This document shows positions 7,657 through 15,848 of a stretch of DNA of 64,000 nt, piece after piece. The position numbers were made by a program, and so were the translations under genes. The stretch is from an uncultured Chloroflexia bacterium (GTDB taxonomy: Bacteria > Chloroflexota > Limnocylindria > Limnocylindrales > CSP1-4). The notes beneath the pieces were generated by a model. The model was given only the letters and a program-made list of their open reading frames with translations, searched no databases and was not told the DNA's origin. Location: the NCBI GenBank assembly GCA_963731635.1, contig CAVSWB010000001.1, positions 73,679 through 137,678 on the forward strand, written 5' to 3'. Within the stretch, counting starts at the first letter, position 1; every line of letters starts with the position of its first letter.

Positions 7657-8562
7657 TCAGGCGGCGGGCACAGGTTCGTTTGTCCCGGCGGTGGCAGGGC
7701 TCGGCTCGGTAGGACCTCCCGCGGCCTCTTCGGGATGGCCTCGCACCCACCAATGACGCACGAAGATGGCGACGATTGCGGCTGCGGCCGCGCTCAGGCC
7801 CACGACCTGGGCGGTGGCGAGCCCGAAGAAGGTCCAGTTCCAGCCGCTGCGTAGCGTCTCGAGAAGACTCCGTTCGAGGCCGTACCAGACGAAGTAGATG
7901 AGGCCGACGTCGCCGGCTATGAGCAGGCGGCGGCGCGACGTGAACCGGCGCCACAGCAGGAGCATCACCCCGACCCCGAGCAGGCTCAGCACCGACTCAT
8001 ACAGGAAGAGCGGGGTGAAATGCTGACCGAGCGTCGCCGTTGGGCTGGAGCCCGCCGGACAGGCGAATTCGGCCACGCGGTACTGGCACTGGATGGCGAT
8101 GCCCCAGGGAAGGTTGGTCGGCGGCCCGTAGAGCTCCTGGTTCATGAAGTTGCCCCACCGGCCGACGGCCTGGGCCAGCAGGACGCACGGCACGACTATG
8201 TCCGCCCAGCGCCAGAACGACAGATGCATCCGTCGCGCGTACCAGACAATCGCGAGCATGCCCGTGAAGAGGCCGCCGTAGACGCCCAGGCCGCTGTAGG
8301 GCGGCAGCACGATCTGCGCCAGGTGGTTCTGGTAGTAGGCCCACTGGTCGATGACGTGATAGGCCCGGCCACCGATCAGGGCCGCGACCGCGACGATGAT
8401 CAGGCCGTCGATGAGCATGTCGGTGCGCTCTCCGCGCTGACGAGCCAGACGGAAGGCGAGCCAGGTGCCGGCGATGATCGCGGCGACGTAGGCGATGCCG
8501 TACCAGCGGATCTCGAGCGGGCCCAGCGCGAGCGCAATTGGATTGGGCGTGAAGTTGATCAT
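7657..8562 (-). CDS. lgt: Prolipoprotein diacylglyceryl transferase
   Basis: N-terminus LGPLEIRWYGIAYVAAIIAG, the motifs GGRAYHV and GRWGNFMNQELYG, and multiple TM helices. Confidence 0.9.
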   Translation of the reverse strand: MINFTPNPIALALGPLEIRWYGIAYVAAIIAGTWLAFRLARQRGERTDMLIDGLIIVAVAALIGGRAYHVIDQWAYYQNHLAQIVLPPYSGLGVYGGLFTGMLAIVWYARRMHLSFWRWADIVVPCVLLAQAVGRWGNFMNQELYGPPTNLPWGIAIQCQYRVAEFACPAGSSPTATLGQHFTPLFLYESVLSLLGVGVMLLLWRRFTSRRRLLIAGDVGLIYFVWYGLERSLLETLRSGWNWTFFGLATAQVVGLSAAAAAIVAIFVRHWWVRGHPEEAAGGPTEPSPATAGTNEPVPAA

Positions 8563-8682
8563 GGCGAACGAAGTCTACAGGTCGGGCCGTTCGGGCCGGT
8601 CGACACGGTCCCGTGAGGGGACTGAGGGCCGTCTGTCGGGTCCGGCGGAATTGAATCGGCCGATCGAGGTCCAAGGTCCGGG

Positions 8683-8746
8683 TTGACAGCGTCTTGGTTC
8701 CGATGTAGATATATCCATGCACCAGATGTATTCATACTGGACGCAT
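8683..8746 (+). promoter_or_regulatory. Candidate promoter and operator of the arsR-led sulfur/Hdr-like operon
   Basis: TTGACA at 8683-8688, a 17-nt spacer, then TAGATA at 8706-8711, inside an AT-rich island. An imperfect inverted repeat follows directly: ATGCACCAG (8717-8725), 11 nt, CTGGACGCAT (8737-8746). Confidence 0.5.
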
Positions 8747-8856
8747 AGATCGCCAGGGTTGCGAGGCACCACGTGCGCAAGCAAGGGTTGGGCATGTCGA
8801 TATTCGAGCGAGCTTTCGCGGAACTGCGGCAGGCCAGCCGGGCGGAGGTCTGAACG

Positions 8857-9273
8857 ATGCTTCGTCAAGCCGACGGCATCTACGGTTTACAGGCTTACAT
8901 TCTCAAGACGATTGCCAGTCCGCGTCGCCTGGAGCTGATCCACTACCTGGCGGAGTCCGGCCCGGTCGAAGTGCGCTGTCTGGCCGAGCAGTTCGGCATG
9001 ACTCAGCCCGCGGCTTCGCAGCATCTATCTGCACTTCGGACGGCCGGCCTGGTCGAGCCGATCCGCGACGGGCGCGAGGTCCGCTATCGGCTCGTCGACC
9101 CCGAAATCGCGGCTGCCTGCAACCTCATGCGACAGGTGCTGATGCGCCGGATTGCCCACATGGGCGACATGGCTGCGTCGTTCTCCACTCCGACGCCCGA
9201 GTCCCAGGAGCTGACGCCATCGATGGCTGCGGGACCGTCACCCACGAACAGCGAGGAAGCATTTCATGGCTGA
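8857..9273 (+). CDS. ArsR/SmtB-family transcriptional regulator
   Basis: Core RRLELIHYLAESGPVEVRCLAEQFGMTQPAASQHLSALRTAGLVEPIRDGREVRYRL. GGAGG RBS. Two Cys residues (Cys41, Cys88). The 3' end overlaps the dsrE-like start by 8 nt. Confidence 0.9.
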   Translation: MLRQADGIYGLQAYILKTIASPRRLELIHYLAESGPVEVRCLAEQFGMTQPAASQHLSALRTAGLVEPIRDGREVRYRLVDPEIAAACNLMRQVLMRRIAHMGDMAASFSTPTPESQELTPSMAAGPSPTNSEEAFHG

Positions 9274-9628
9274 GAAGATCGTGATCATGGTCACACACGG
9301 GCTGGACCACCCGGAGCACGTTTCCATCCCGTTCGTGATGGCCGTTGCCGCGCTGGCCTCCGACGTGGAGGTCGTGATGGGGCTGCAGGCGGACGGCGTG
9401 GAAGTTGCGGTCAAGGGTGCCGCCGACTCCGTCACCGCGGAGGGCTTTCCCCCCTTGACCAAGCTCCTGGCGGACTACGCCGAATTGGGCGGCAGGTTGC
9501 TGCTCTGCGGCCCCTGCGTGAAGTCGCGCCAGATCGACGCGGCAGATCTGCTCGACAACTCCGAGGTCGTCGCTGCAGCCCGCTTCGTCGCCGAAATCAC
9601 CTCCGCCACCAACGCCCTCGTTTACTAG
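9266..9628 (+). CDS. dsrE: DsrE/DsrF-like sulfur-relay family protein
   Basis: About 120 aa. KIVIMVTHGLDHPEHVSIPFVMA...LLLCGPCVKSRQI...ARFV matches the DsrE-fold pattern (Pfam DsrE/DsrF family, from memory). Confidence 0.75.
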   Translation: MAEKIVIMVTHGLDHPEHVSIPFVMAVAALASDVEVVMGLQADGVEVAVKGAADSVTAEGFPPLTKLLADYAELGGRLLLCGPCVKSRQIDAADLLDNSEVVAAARFVAEITSATNALVY

Positions 9629-9639
9629 GAGTCACACCG

Positions 9640-9906
9640 ATGACAACCGCACTGACCAATTCCGAGATCGCCGCCGTCGCTGCAGCGAAGATCGTGGACG
9701 CCCGCGGAAGCGCCTGCCCCGGCCCCCTGCTCGAAGCCAAGAAGGGCATTGCCACCGTCTCGGTCGGCTCCGTGCTCGAGATCTGGTCGAGCGATCCGGT
9801 CACGAAGTCCGATATCGGCGCATGGTCGGGCAAAGTCGGACACGAGTTCCTGGGATTTGCGACCGCCGACGGCTACGACCGAGTCTTCGTGCGCCGCAAG
9901 AAGTAA
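9640..9906 (+). CDS. tusA: TusA/SirA-like sulfur carrier protein
   Basis: 88 aa with the diagnostic DARGSACPGPLLEAKK (Cys-Pro-x-Pro) motif. AGGAG RBS. Confidence 0.85.
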   Translation: MTTALTNSEIAAVAAAKIVDARGSACPGPLLEAKKGIATVSVGSVLEIWSSDPVTKSDIGAWSGKVGHEFLGFATADGYDRVFVRRKK

Positions 9907-9976
9907 CCGCCGATCTGCGGGCGCCCCACCTGCATCGGGTGCCCGCAGACCTTCTGGAATTGGCCCGGGAGAACGA

Positions 9977-10414
9977 ATGACTGGCACTGCGATAGAGGCG
10001 CCGACCACCAGGATGCTGGTGATCGCGACGCTCTTGTGCTCTTACCCGGGGATCGACGCGACGGGGCAGGCCCACATGGAATACCCGCCCAACACCTACG
10101 TCATCCCTACCCCCGACCCGGTCATGTTTCCCGAGTCCTTCTACATGCACTGCTTCGAAAAGGGCATCGACGGCATCCTGATCGCCTCGTGCGGAACTGA
10201 CAGTCCGTACGAAGGCTCGTATGAGCAACTCGCCGCACGCATCCCGAAGGTCTACGCCCAGATGAAGGCGCGGGGCATAAGCATCCGCCGCATCAAACTG
10301 ACGGCGATCTGCAGCGTCTGCACCAAGGCATTCCTCAAGGAAGTCGCCGACATGGAAGCCGTTCTGGCCGAGCTCGGGCCCGTCAGCGGCGAGATCGCGG
10401 CAGCAGGCGCGTGA
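9977..10414 (+). CDS. MvhD/FlpD-like (methyl-viologen-reducing hydrogenase delta subunit fold) protein, apparently Cys-depleted
   Basis: CSYPGIDATGQAHMEYPPNTYVI....GIDGILIASCG....ARGISIRRIKL follows the MvhD pattern. The start was trimmed to ATG 9977 (GGGAGA RBS), because the longer ORF overlaps tusA. The stop overlaps the next start. Confidence 0.65.
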   Translation: MTGTAIEAPTTRMLVIATLLCSYPGIDATGQAHMEYPPNTYVIPTPDPVMFPESFYMHCFEKGIDGILIASCGTDSPYEGSYEQLAARIPKVYAQMKARGISIRRIKLTAICSVCTKAFLKEVADMEAVLAELGPVSGEIAAAGA

Positions 10415-11799
10415 TGGAGCAGCACATGGATACCGACGTCCTCGTCGTCGGCGGCGGCATCGCCGGTCTGCAATCCGCCCTGGATCTGGCCGACCGCGGC
10501 TACAGCGTCCTGCTGGTGGAGCGCGAGGCCAGCATCGGCGGCAAGATGATCGCCCTCTCCAAGGTCTTCCCGACCATGGACTGCGCGAGCTGCATCACCA
10601 CACCGCGCATGTCTTCGGCGGCGCACCACGACAACATCACCACCTGGACCTACACCGACGTCGACCGCATCACGCCCGACGGCGACGCGTTCACGGCAAA
10701 GCTGACGCGCAAGGTCCGCTATGTCATCGAGGACCTGTGCATCGGTTGCCGGCTGTGCGAGTACGCCTGCCCGGTCGAACTGCCCCACGAATTCGAGGGC
10801 AACCTGGGAGCCCGCCGGGCGGTCTACATCCCGTTCGGAACGGCCATCCCGCAGAAGGCCCTGATCGACATCGATGCCTGCGTCTACTGCGGCAAATGCG
10901 AGAAAGCCTGCCCAACCGACGCCATCGACTTCGGTCAGGAACCGATCGAGGTCACAGCGAACGCTCGATCCGTCGTCCTCGCCACGGGCTTCGAGACCAC
11001 GCCCCTGGATGCCAAGAAGGAATACCAGGGCGGCAAGGCGGCCAATGTCATAAGCGCGCTGGACATGGAACGGCTCCTCTCCCCGAACGGCCCATACGGT
11101 CGTGTCCTTCGGCCGTCGGACGGCAAGATTCCCGAGAACGTCGCCTACGTTCAGTGCGCGGGTTCGCGGGACGAGACTCTCGGGGTGCCCTACTGCTCGC
11201 GCGTCTGCTGCATGTACGCCATCAAGCAGACGATGCTGCTCTCGGGCTCGCTGCCGCTCGCGGACATCACCGTCTACTACATGGACATCCGCGCCTTCGG
11301 CAAGGGCTACGAGCAGTTCTATCAGACCGCCCGATCGATGGGCATCAACTTCGTCAAGGCGAAGGTGGCCCGGATCGAGGAGCAGCCGGACGGCGATCTC
11401 AGACTCCGAGTCGAGATCATCGAAGAGGACGGCCGTGTCACCGAGAACGTCCACGACCTCGTCGTCCTGTCGGTCGGACTGAAGCCCGGCGACGATCCGC
11501 GGCGCTTCATCGGCGTCGATCTGGACCAGTACGGGTTCGTCGCCTCGCCGGATCCCAAGCTCGACGCAACGCTTACGAGCCTCCCCGGCGTCGCCGCCGC
11601 AGGCACGGCCATCGGCCCGAAGGACATCGTGGACACGATCATGGAAGCGAGCGCCGCCGCCACGAAAGTGGCGACTTACCTCGGCCCGCCGGCCAACTCC
11701 CCTGCCCCGCCCGACGACGGCCTGGACGTTGAAGTCCGTGAGATCAAGGCCGGCGACGCTCTCGCCGTGGCCGGACACGCGGAGGTGGCCCGTGGCTGA
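10411..11799 (+). CDS. hdrA: HdrA-like / QmoA-like FAD and iron-sulfur oxidoreductase (short paralog)
   Basis: FAD-binding VLVVGGGIAGLQSALDLADRGYSVLLVEREASIGGKM. Inserted 2x[4Fe-4S] ferredoxin motifs CIGCRLCEYACP and CVYCGKCEKACP. HdrA-type YVQCAGSRD...YCSRVCCMYAIK. Confidence 0.85.
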   Translation: MMEQHMDTDVLVVGGGIAGLQSALDLADRGYSVLLVEREASIGGKMIALSKVFPTMDCASCITTPRMSSAAHHDNITTWTYTDVDRITPDGDAFTAKLTRKVRYVIEDLCIGCRLCEYACPVELPHEFEGNLGARRAVYIPFGTAIPQKALIDIDACVYCGKCEKACPTDAIDFGQEPIEVTANARSVVLATGFETTPLDAKKEYQGGKAANVISALDMERLLSPNGPYGRVLRPSDGKIPENVAYVQCAGSRDETLGVPYCSRVCCMYAIKQTMLLSGSLPLADITVYYMDIRAFGKGYEQFYQTARSMGINFVKAKVARIEEQPDGDLRLRVEIIEEDGRVTENVHDLVVLSVGLKPGDDPRRFIGVDLDQYGFVASPDPKLDATLTSLPGVAAAGTAIGPKDIVDTIMEASAAATKVATYLGPPANSPAPPDDGLDVEVREIKAGDALAVAGHAEVARG

Positions 11800-13891
11800 G
11801 CAGCGCGCAAAGTCCGAGGCCGCGGACGAGGTAAGGATCGCGCCGGCGGCGACGCCCGAAGCTTGGCCGGCACTGGCCGAGAAGGTCGGCGTCTACGTCT
11901 GCCACTGCGGCGGCAACATCTCCGACGTCGTGGACGTTGACAGGGTCGCCACGGAGGCCGCCGGCCTCGACGGCGTGGCCGTTGCCCGCCACATCATGTT
12001 CATGTGCTCCGACGAAGGCCAGAAGGCGATCGTCGACGACATCGAGGCGCTCGGCCTGGATCGCGTCGTCGTTGCGGCGTGCACTCCCAAGCTCCACGAA
12101 GCCACTTTCCGTCGAGCGCTGCAGCGCGGCGGCATGAACCCATATCTGTTCCTGCCGGCGAACGTCCGCGAGCAGGCGAGCTGGGCTCATCCGCACAGCC
12201 CCAAGGCCGCGACAGAGAAGGCCAGTGCGCTGGTTCGGGCGGCGGTCGCCAAGGCCCAAATGCTCGAGCCGCTGGAAAAGGTCAGCGTCGCGGCCGTCCA
12301 CCGGTCTCTGGTCATCGGCGGCGGCGTGGCCGGTCTTCGGGCTGCGCTCGATCTCGCCCGTCAGGGCCTCGCGGTCGTGCTGGTGGAGAAATCGCCGTTC
12401 CTCGGCGGCAAGGCCACTCAACTGCACACGGTCTTCCCGACGGAGGATCCGGCACGGCCGCTTGTCCACCGCCTCATCGATCAGGTGAAGGCGGAGCCGA
12501 ATCTGACCGTCCTGACCAATACCGAGGTCGTCGGCCTGACCGGCTACGTCGGCGACTTCTCGATCACGCTGCGGACCACGCCGCGCGGCGTCGGCCCCGA
12601 ACTGGCAAATCCCGCGGCGGCGATGGCCGCCTGTCCGGTTCAGGTTGCCAACGAGTTCGACGACGGCATCAGCCGGCGCCGGGCCATCTACCAGCCATAT
12701 CCCGGCTCCGAGCCGAACCTGCCCGCCATCGACTGGAATTCCTGCACCCGCTGCGGCGAATGCGTCACGGCCGCCGGCGGGCGCGGCATCGATCTGGCGA
12801 GCGAGCCGCACGAAATCAAGATCGAGGCCGGGGCAATCGTCCTCGCCACGGGCTTCGACCACTACGAGCCGCGCGTCGGCGAGTACGGCTACGCCACCTC
12901 GCCGCGCGTCCTGACCCTGCCCCAGGTCCACCGCCTGCTCGATCCGGAAGGCCCGACTGCCGGCCGTCTCGAGATCGAAGGCCGCGTCCCCCGCTCCGTC
13001 GCCTTCATCCACTGTGTCGGCAGCCGCCAGATCGAAGGCGTTGACGAGCCGGGCCCCGACGGCAAGCTCCACGAGTACTGCTCGCGGGTGTGCTGCACGG
13101 CCACTCTCCAGGCCGCCAACGAACTCCGCAGGAAGTACCCCAAGACCGCGGTCTACGACCTCTACCGCGACATCAGGACCTACGGCCGCGATCAGGAGCC
13201 GTACTACGTCAACGCCTCCAAGGCCGGTGTCGTCTTCATGCGCTTCGCCAACGACGCCCGCCCCACGGTCCAACTGGCCGACGGCGGCGACTTTCCGCTC
13301 AAGGTGACTGTCACCGACACGCTCACCTTCGGCGCCGAGATCGAAGTCCCGGTCGATCTGGTCGTCCTGAGCGTCGGCGTGATGCCGCGCGACGTCGCCG
13401 GCTTCATCGACATGACCCATGCCCCCGTCGGCGCCGACGGCTTCCTGCTCGAGGTTCATCCGAAGCTTCGCCCGGTCGAGAGCGCCATCCCGGGTCTGCT
13501 CCTTGCCGGCACGGTCCAGGCGCCGATGGATATCACCGAGAGCACCTCGGCGGCCTCCGCGGCGGCGGCCAAGGTGACGGCCCTTCTCGCCAAAGATCAT
13601 GTCGAGATGGAGCCGTTCGTGGCCAAGGTGGACCCGTCGTTGTGCGACGGCTGCGGCTTATGCCTGGACGCCTGCCACTACGCCGGAGCGATCGCCCTTC
13701 AGGATGTCGAGATCGAGGATGGCGTCATCGAGAAACGGGCGTACGTGAACCCGGTGGCCTGCAAGGGCTGCGGTGCCTGCGTCCCGTCCTGTCCGGTCGC
13801 CGCCCTGGACGTGGCCGGCTGGGAGATCGACCAGTACAAGGCCATGATCGATGCGATCACGGCCCAGCCGCTGACCGCAGGAGCCCGCTGA
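11792..13891 (+). CDS. hdrA: HdrA-like / QmoB-like flavo-iron-sulfur oxidoreductase (long paralog)
   Basis: N-terminal VGVYVCHCGGNISDVVD domain. FAD motif LVIGGGVAGLRAALDLARQGLAVVLVEKSPFLGGK. FIHCVGSR...YCSRVCCTATL. C-terminal ferredoxin motifs CDGCGLCLDACH and CKGCGACVPSCP. The GTG at 11792 has a GGAGG RBS and overlaps the previous stop. Confidence 0.85.
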   Translation: MAEQRAKSEAADEVRIAPAATPEAWPALAEKVGVYVCHCGGNISDVVDVDRVATEAAGLDGVAVARHIMFMCSDEGQKAIVDDIEALGLDRVVVAACTPKLHEATFRRALQRGGMNPYLFLPANVREQASWAHPHSPKAATEKASALVRAAVAKAQMLEPLEKVSVAAVHRSLVIGGGVAGLRAALDLARQGLAVVLVEKSPFLGGKATQLHTVFPTEDPARPLVHRLIDQVKAEPNLTVLTNTEVVGLTGYVGDFSITLRTTPRGVGPELANPAAAMAACPVQVANEFDDGISRRRAIYQPYPGSEPNLPAIDWNSCTRCGECVTAAGGRGIDLASEPHEIKIEAGAIVLATGFDHYEPRVGEYGYATSPRVLTLPQVHRLLDPEGPTAGRLEIEGRVPRSVAFIHCVGSRQIEGVDEPGPDGKLHEYCSRVCCTATLQAANELRRKYPKTAVYDLYRDIRTYGRDQEPYYVNASKAGVVFMRFANDARPTVQLADGGDFPLKVTVTDTLTFGAEIEVPVDLVVLSVGVMPRDVAGFIDMTHAPVGADGFLLEVHPKLRPVESAIPGLLLAGTVQAPMDITESTSAASAAAAKVTALLAKDHVEMEPFVAKVDPSLCDGCGLCLDACHYAGAIALQDVEIEDGVIEKRAYVNPVACKGCGACVPSCPVAALDVAGWEIDQYKAMIDAITAQPLTAGAR

Positions 13892-14184
13892 TGGCCTCCC
13901 CGGAAAAGCCCCGGAGCAAGATGCTCGAGCTCAAAGAGCGGCGCGGCCCGGTGTCCCCGGCGCTCCTGGAGTCCGTTCGCCAGAACAACGCCGCCAAATC
14001 GGCGATCAAGAAGTCGCTTGCCGCGGGGCCGCTCACGGTTCCCGAGCTGGCGGAAGCATCGGGTCTGCCGACCAGGACCATCCTCTGGACCGTCACCGCC
14101 ATGCGCAAGTACGGCTCGGTCGTCGAGGACTCCACGGACGGTTCGTACGTCCGCTACGCCCTTGCCGCAAAGGATCCCCGCTGA
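13891..14184 (+). CDS. Small (97 aa) hypothetical protein, possibly winged-helix
   Basis: ATGA overlaps at both ends embed it in the operon. LTVPELAEASGLPTRTILWTVTAMRKYGSVVEDSTDGSYVRYAL looks like an HTH plus wing. No family was recognised. Confidence 0.55.
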   Translation: MASPEKPRSKMLELKERRGPVSPALLESVRQNNAAKSAIKKSLAAGPLTVPELAEASGLPTRTILWTVTAMRKYGSVVEDSTDGSYVRYALAAKDPR

Positions 14185-15353
14185 TGGCCGTGACCGTAGA
14201 TCCGACCCTTCTCCCCGAGATCCAGCGTTACGGCGCCTTCGATGTGGCCGCCTGCTTCAATTGCGGCAACTGCACAGCCGTCTGCCCGCTCAGCGATGAC
14301 AATGCCACGTTCCCGCGGCGGATCATCCGTTACGCCCAGGTGGGCATGAAGGCGGAGCTGCTCGCATCCAAGGAGCTGTGGACCTGCTACTACTGCGGCG
14401 AGTGCTCCGAGACGTGCCCGCGCCAGGCGGAGCCGGGTGAGTTCATGGCCGCGGCGCGCCGCTATGCCATCGCCAGCTACGACAAAACCCGGCTGGCACG
14501 AACGATGTACCTCCAGCCCGTCCTCGGCACCGCGATGGCCGTCATCCTCGCGGCCGTCTTCGCCCTGTTCATGTACGGCGCCCACGGCCCGCAGGACGGC
14601 ACGACGCTGGCGCTCTTCCAGTTCATTCCCTCCGAGTTCATCCACCTCCTCGGACTGGCGGTGATGATCATCGTCGGAGTCGCCGGGCTGGCCGGTCTGG
14701 CGATCATGTCGAGGCGCATTGCCCGCTCCGAAGGCGTCGGATTACGAACCATCTTCGGCGGACGCGCGGCGCTCCGGCGAAGCGGGCGCGCCCTCTGGGT
14801 CGCGCTCGGCATCGAGTCCATCGGTCAGCGACGCTATCGGAAGGACTGCGAAGCGGCGCAGGAGCCGACCGTCTGGTACCGGCGGCGCTGGCTTCTGCAT
14901 GCGCTAACGATGTGGGGTTTCCTGGGTCTCTTCGGTGCGACCATCGCCGACTACGGCCTGGAACTGCTCGGCATCAAGGCAACCGGCACCGCCGTCCCGA
15001 TCTGGTATCCGGTCCGCCTCCTCGGCACAGTCGCCGGCGCCATGCTCGTCTTCGGCGTGACGATGCTGATCCTCAATCGCCTCCAGAAGGCCAATCGGTC
15101 GGTCCGCGAGTCCAAGGCGGCGGATTGGACGCTCCTCTCGCTGCTGTGGCTCACCGGCGTAAGCGGCTTCGTCCTGGAGCTGGCTCTTTACCTGCCGCAA
15201 GCCCCGGCCGGGGGCTACTGGATGTTCCTCTTCCACGTTGCCGTGGCGATGGAACTGGTCCTGCTGGCCCCGTTCATGAAGCTCGCCCACGTGATCTACC
15301 GGCCGGTTGCGCTGTTCTTCTACGCCCTCAAGCCCGCGGCCGACGCCGGCTGA
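14184..15353 (+). CDS. QmoC / HdrC-HdrE-like membrane iron-sulfur protein (N-terminal 2x[4Fe-4S] domain fused to six TM helices with conserved His)
   Basis: CFNCGNCTAVCP and CYYCGECSETCP motifs, followed by six hydrophobic helices. These carry His residues (FIHLLG, LLHALTMWG, FLFHVAV, KLAHVIY) as in NarI/HdrE/DsrM-type cytochrome b subunits. Confidence 0.75.
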   Translation: MAVTVDPTLLPEIQRYGAFDVAACFNCGNCTAVCPLSDDNATFPRRIIRYAQVGMKAELLASKELWTCYYCGECSETCPRQAEPGEFMAAARRYAIASYDKTRLARTMYLQPVLGTAMAVILAAVFALFMYGAHGPQDGTTLALFQFIPSEFIHLLGLAVMIIVGVAGLAGLAIMSRRIARSEGVGLRTIFGGRAALRRSGRALWVALGIESIGQRRYRKDCEAAQEPTVWYRRRWLLHALTMWGFLGLFGATIADYGLELLGIKATGTAVPIWYPVRLLGTVAGAMLVFGVTMLILNRLQKANRSVRESKAADWTLLSLLWLTGVSGFVLELALYLPQAPAGGYWMFLFHVAVAMELVLLAPFMKLAHVIYRPVALFFYALKPAADAG

Positions 15354-15420
15354 CGCCGCTCGACGCAACCGAACGCTCGGCCGGCGTTCAGAATGGGCTT
15401 CCACGCACCCAGGAGAACGA

Positions 15421-15822
15421 ATGCGACTGCTCATCCCGACCAACGACGCCAACGGCGCCAGCGCCGAACTCTCCGGCCACTTCGGCCGCGCGCCGTTCTA
15501 TGCGATTGCCGACACCGAGGCCGACACGGTCGTCGTGGTGGAGAACCCGTCGGTCTCCCACGGACACGGTGGGTGCGTCCCCGCATCGCAGGCCTTCGGC
15601 GAGGGCGGCTACGACGCGGTCGTATGCCAGGGCATCGGCAGAGGTGCGATGGACCGGCTTGCCGAGGCCGGCGTTCCGGTGTACATGTCCGACGGACCCG
15701 ACGTGGCCTCGGCGATCGCGGCCTTCCGCCGCAGCTCGCTGCGCGTCGTCGCCTCTGAGGACGGCTGCTCCGGTTCGGGATCCAGATCCGGTTCGTGCGG
15801 CGGGCACGGACACGACAATTAG
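15421..15822 (+). CDS. NifB/NifX-family (dinitrogenase iron-molybdenum cofactor biosynthesis domain) protein with Cys/Gly/His-rich tail
   Basis: LSGHFGRAPFYAIADTE...VVVVEN...AVVCQGIGRGAMDRLAEAGVPVY matches the NifX/NifB-C domain pattern. The tail is CSGSGSRSGSCGGHGHDN. AGGAGAA RBS. Confidence 0.75.
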   Translation: MRLLIPTNDANGASAELSGHFGRAPFYAIADTEADTVVVVENPSVSHGHGGCVPASQAFGEGGYDAVVCQGIGRGAMDRLAEAGVPVYMSDGPDVASAIAAFRRSSLRVVASEDGCSGSGSRSGSCGGHGHDN

Positions 15823-15848
15823 CAACTGAGGATCGGAGAGGGCGGGAA

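Noticed and set aside
9749-9976. Upstream extension of the MvhD-like ORF, overlapping tusA.
   Set aside because: The extension has Ser/Arg/Pro-rich composition and overlaps a well-supported gene in another frame. The ATG at 9977 has an RBS.
11744-13600. 618-aa ORF on the minus strand, antisense to the long HdrA paralog. Similar cases: 10252-11778 (508 aa, minus strand), 54871-56133 (420 aa, minus strand) and 47815-50028 (737 aa, minus strand).
   Set aside because: Their translations are Arg/Gly/Pro/Asp-rich low-information sequence. They lie exactly antisense to, or out of frame with, genes that have strong conserved motifs. Long stop-free antisense frames are expected in very GC-rich DNA.
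14184-15353. Naming genes 10411-15353 outright as qmoABC.
   Set aside because: The architecture is Qmo-like. However, there is no aprBA/sat in the window, MvhD is a separate Cys-poor gene, and an extra small ORF is inserted. Without phylogeny, the assignment would over-claim.
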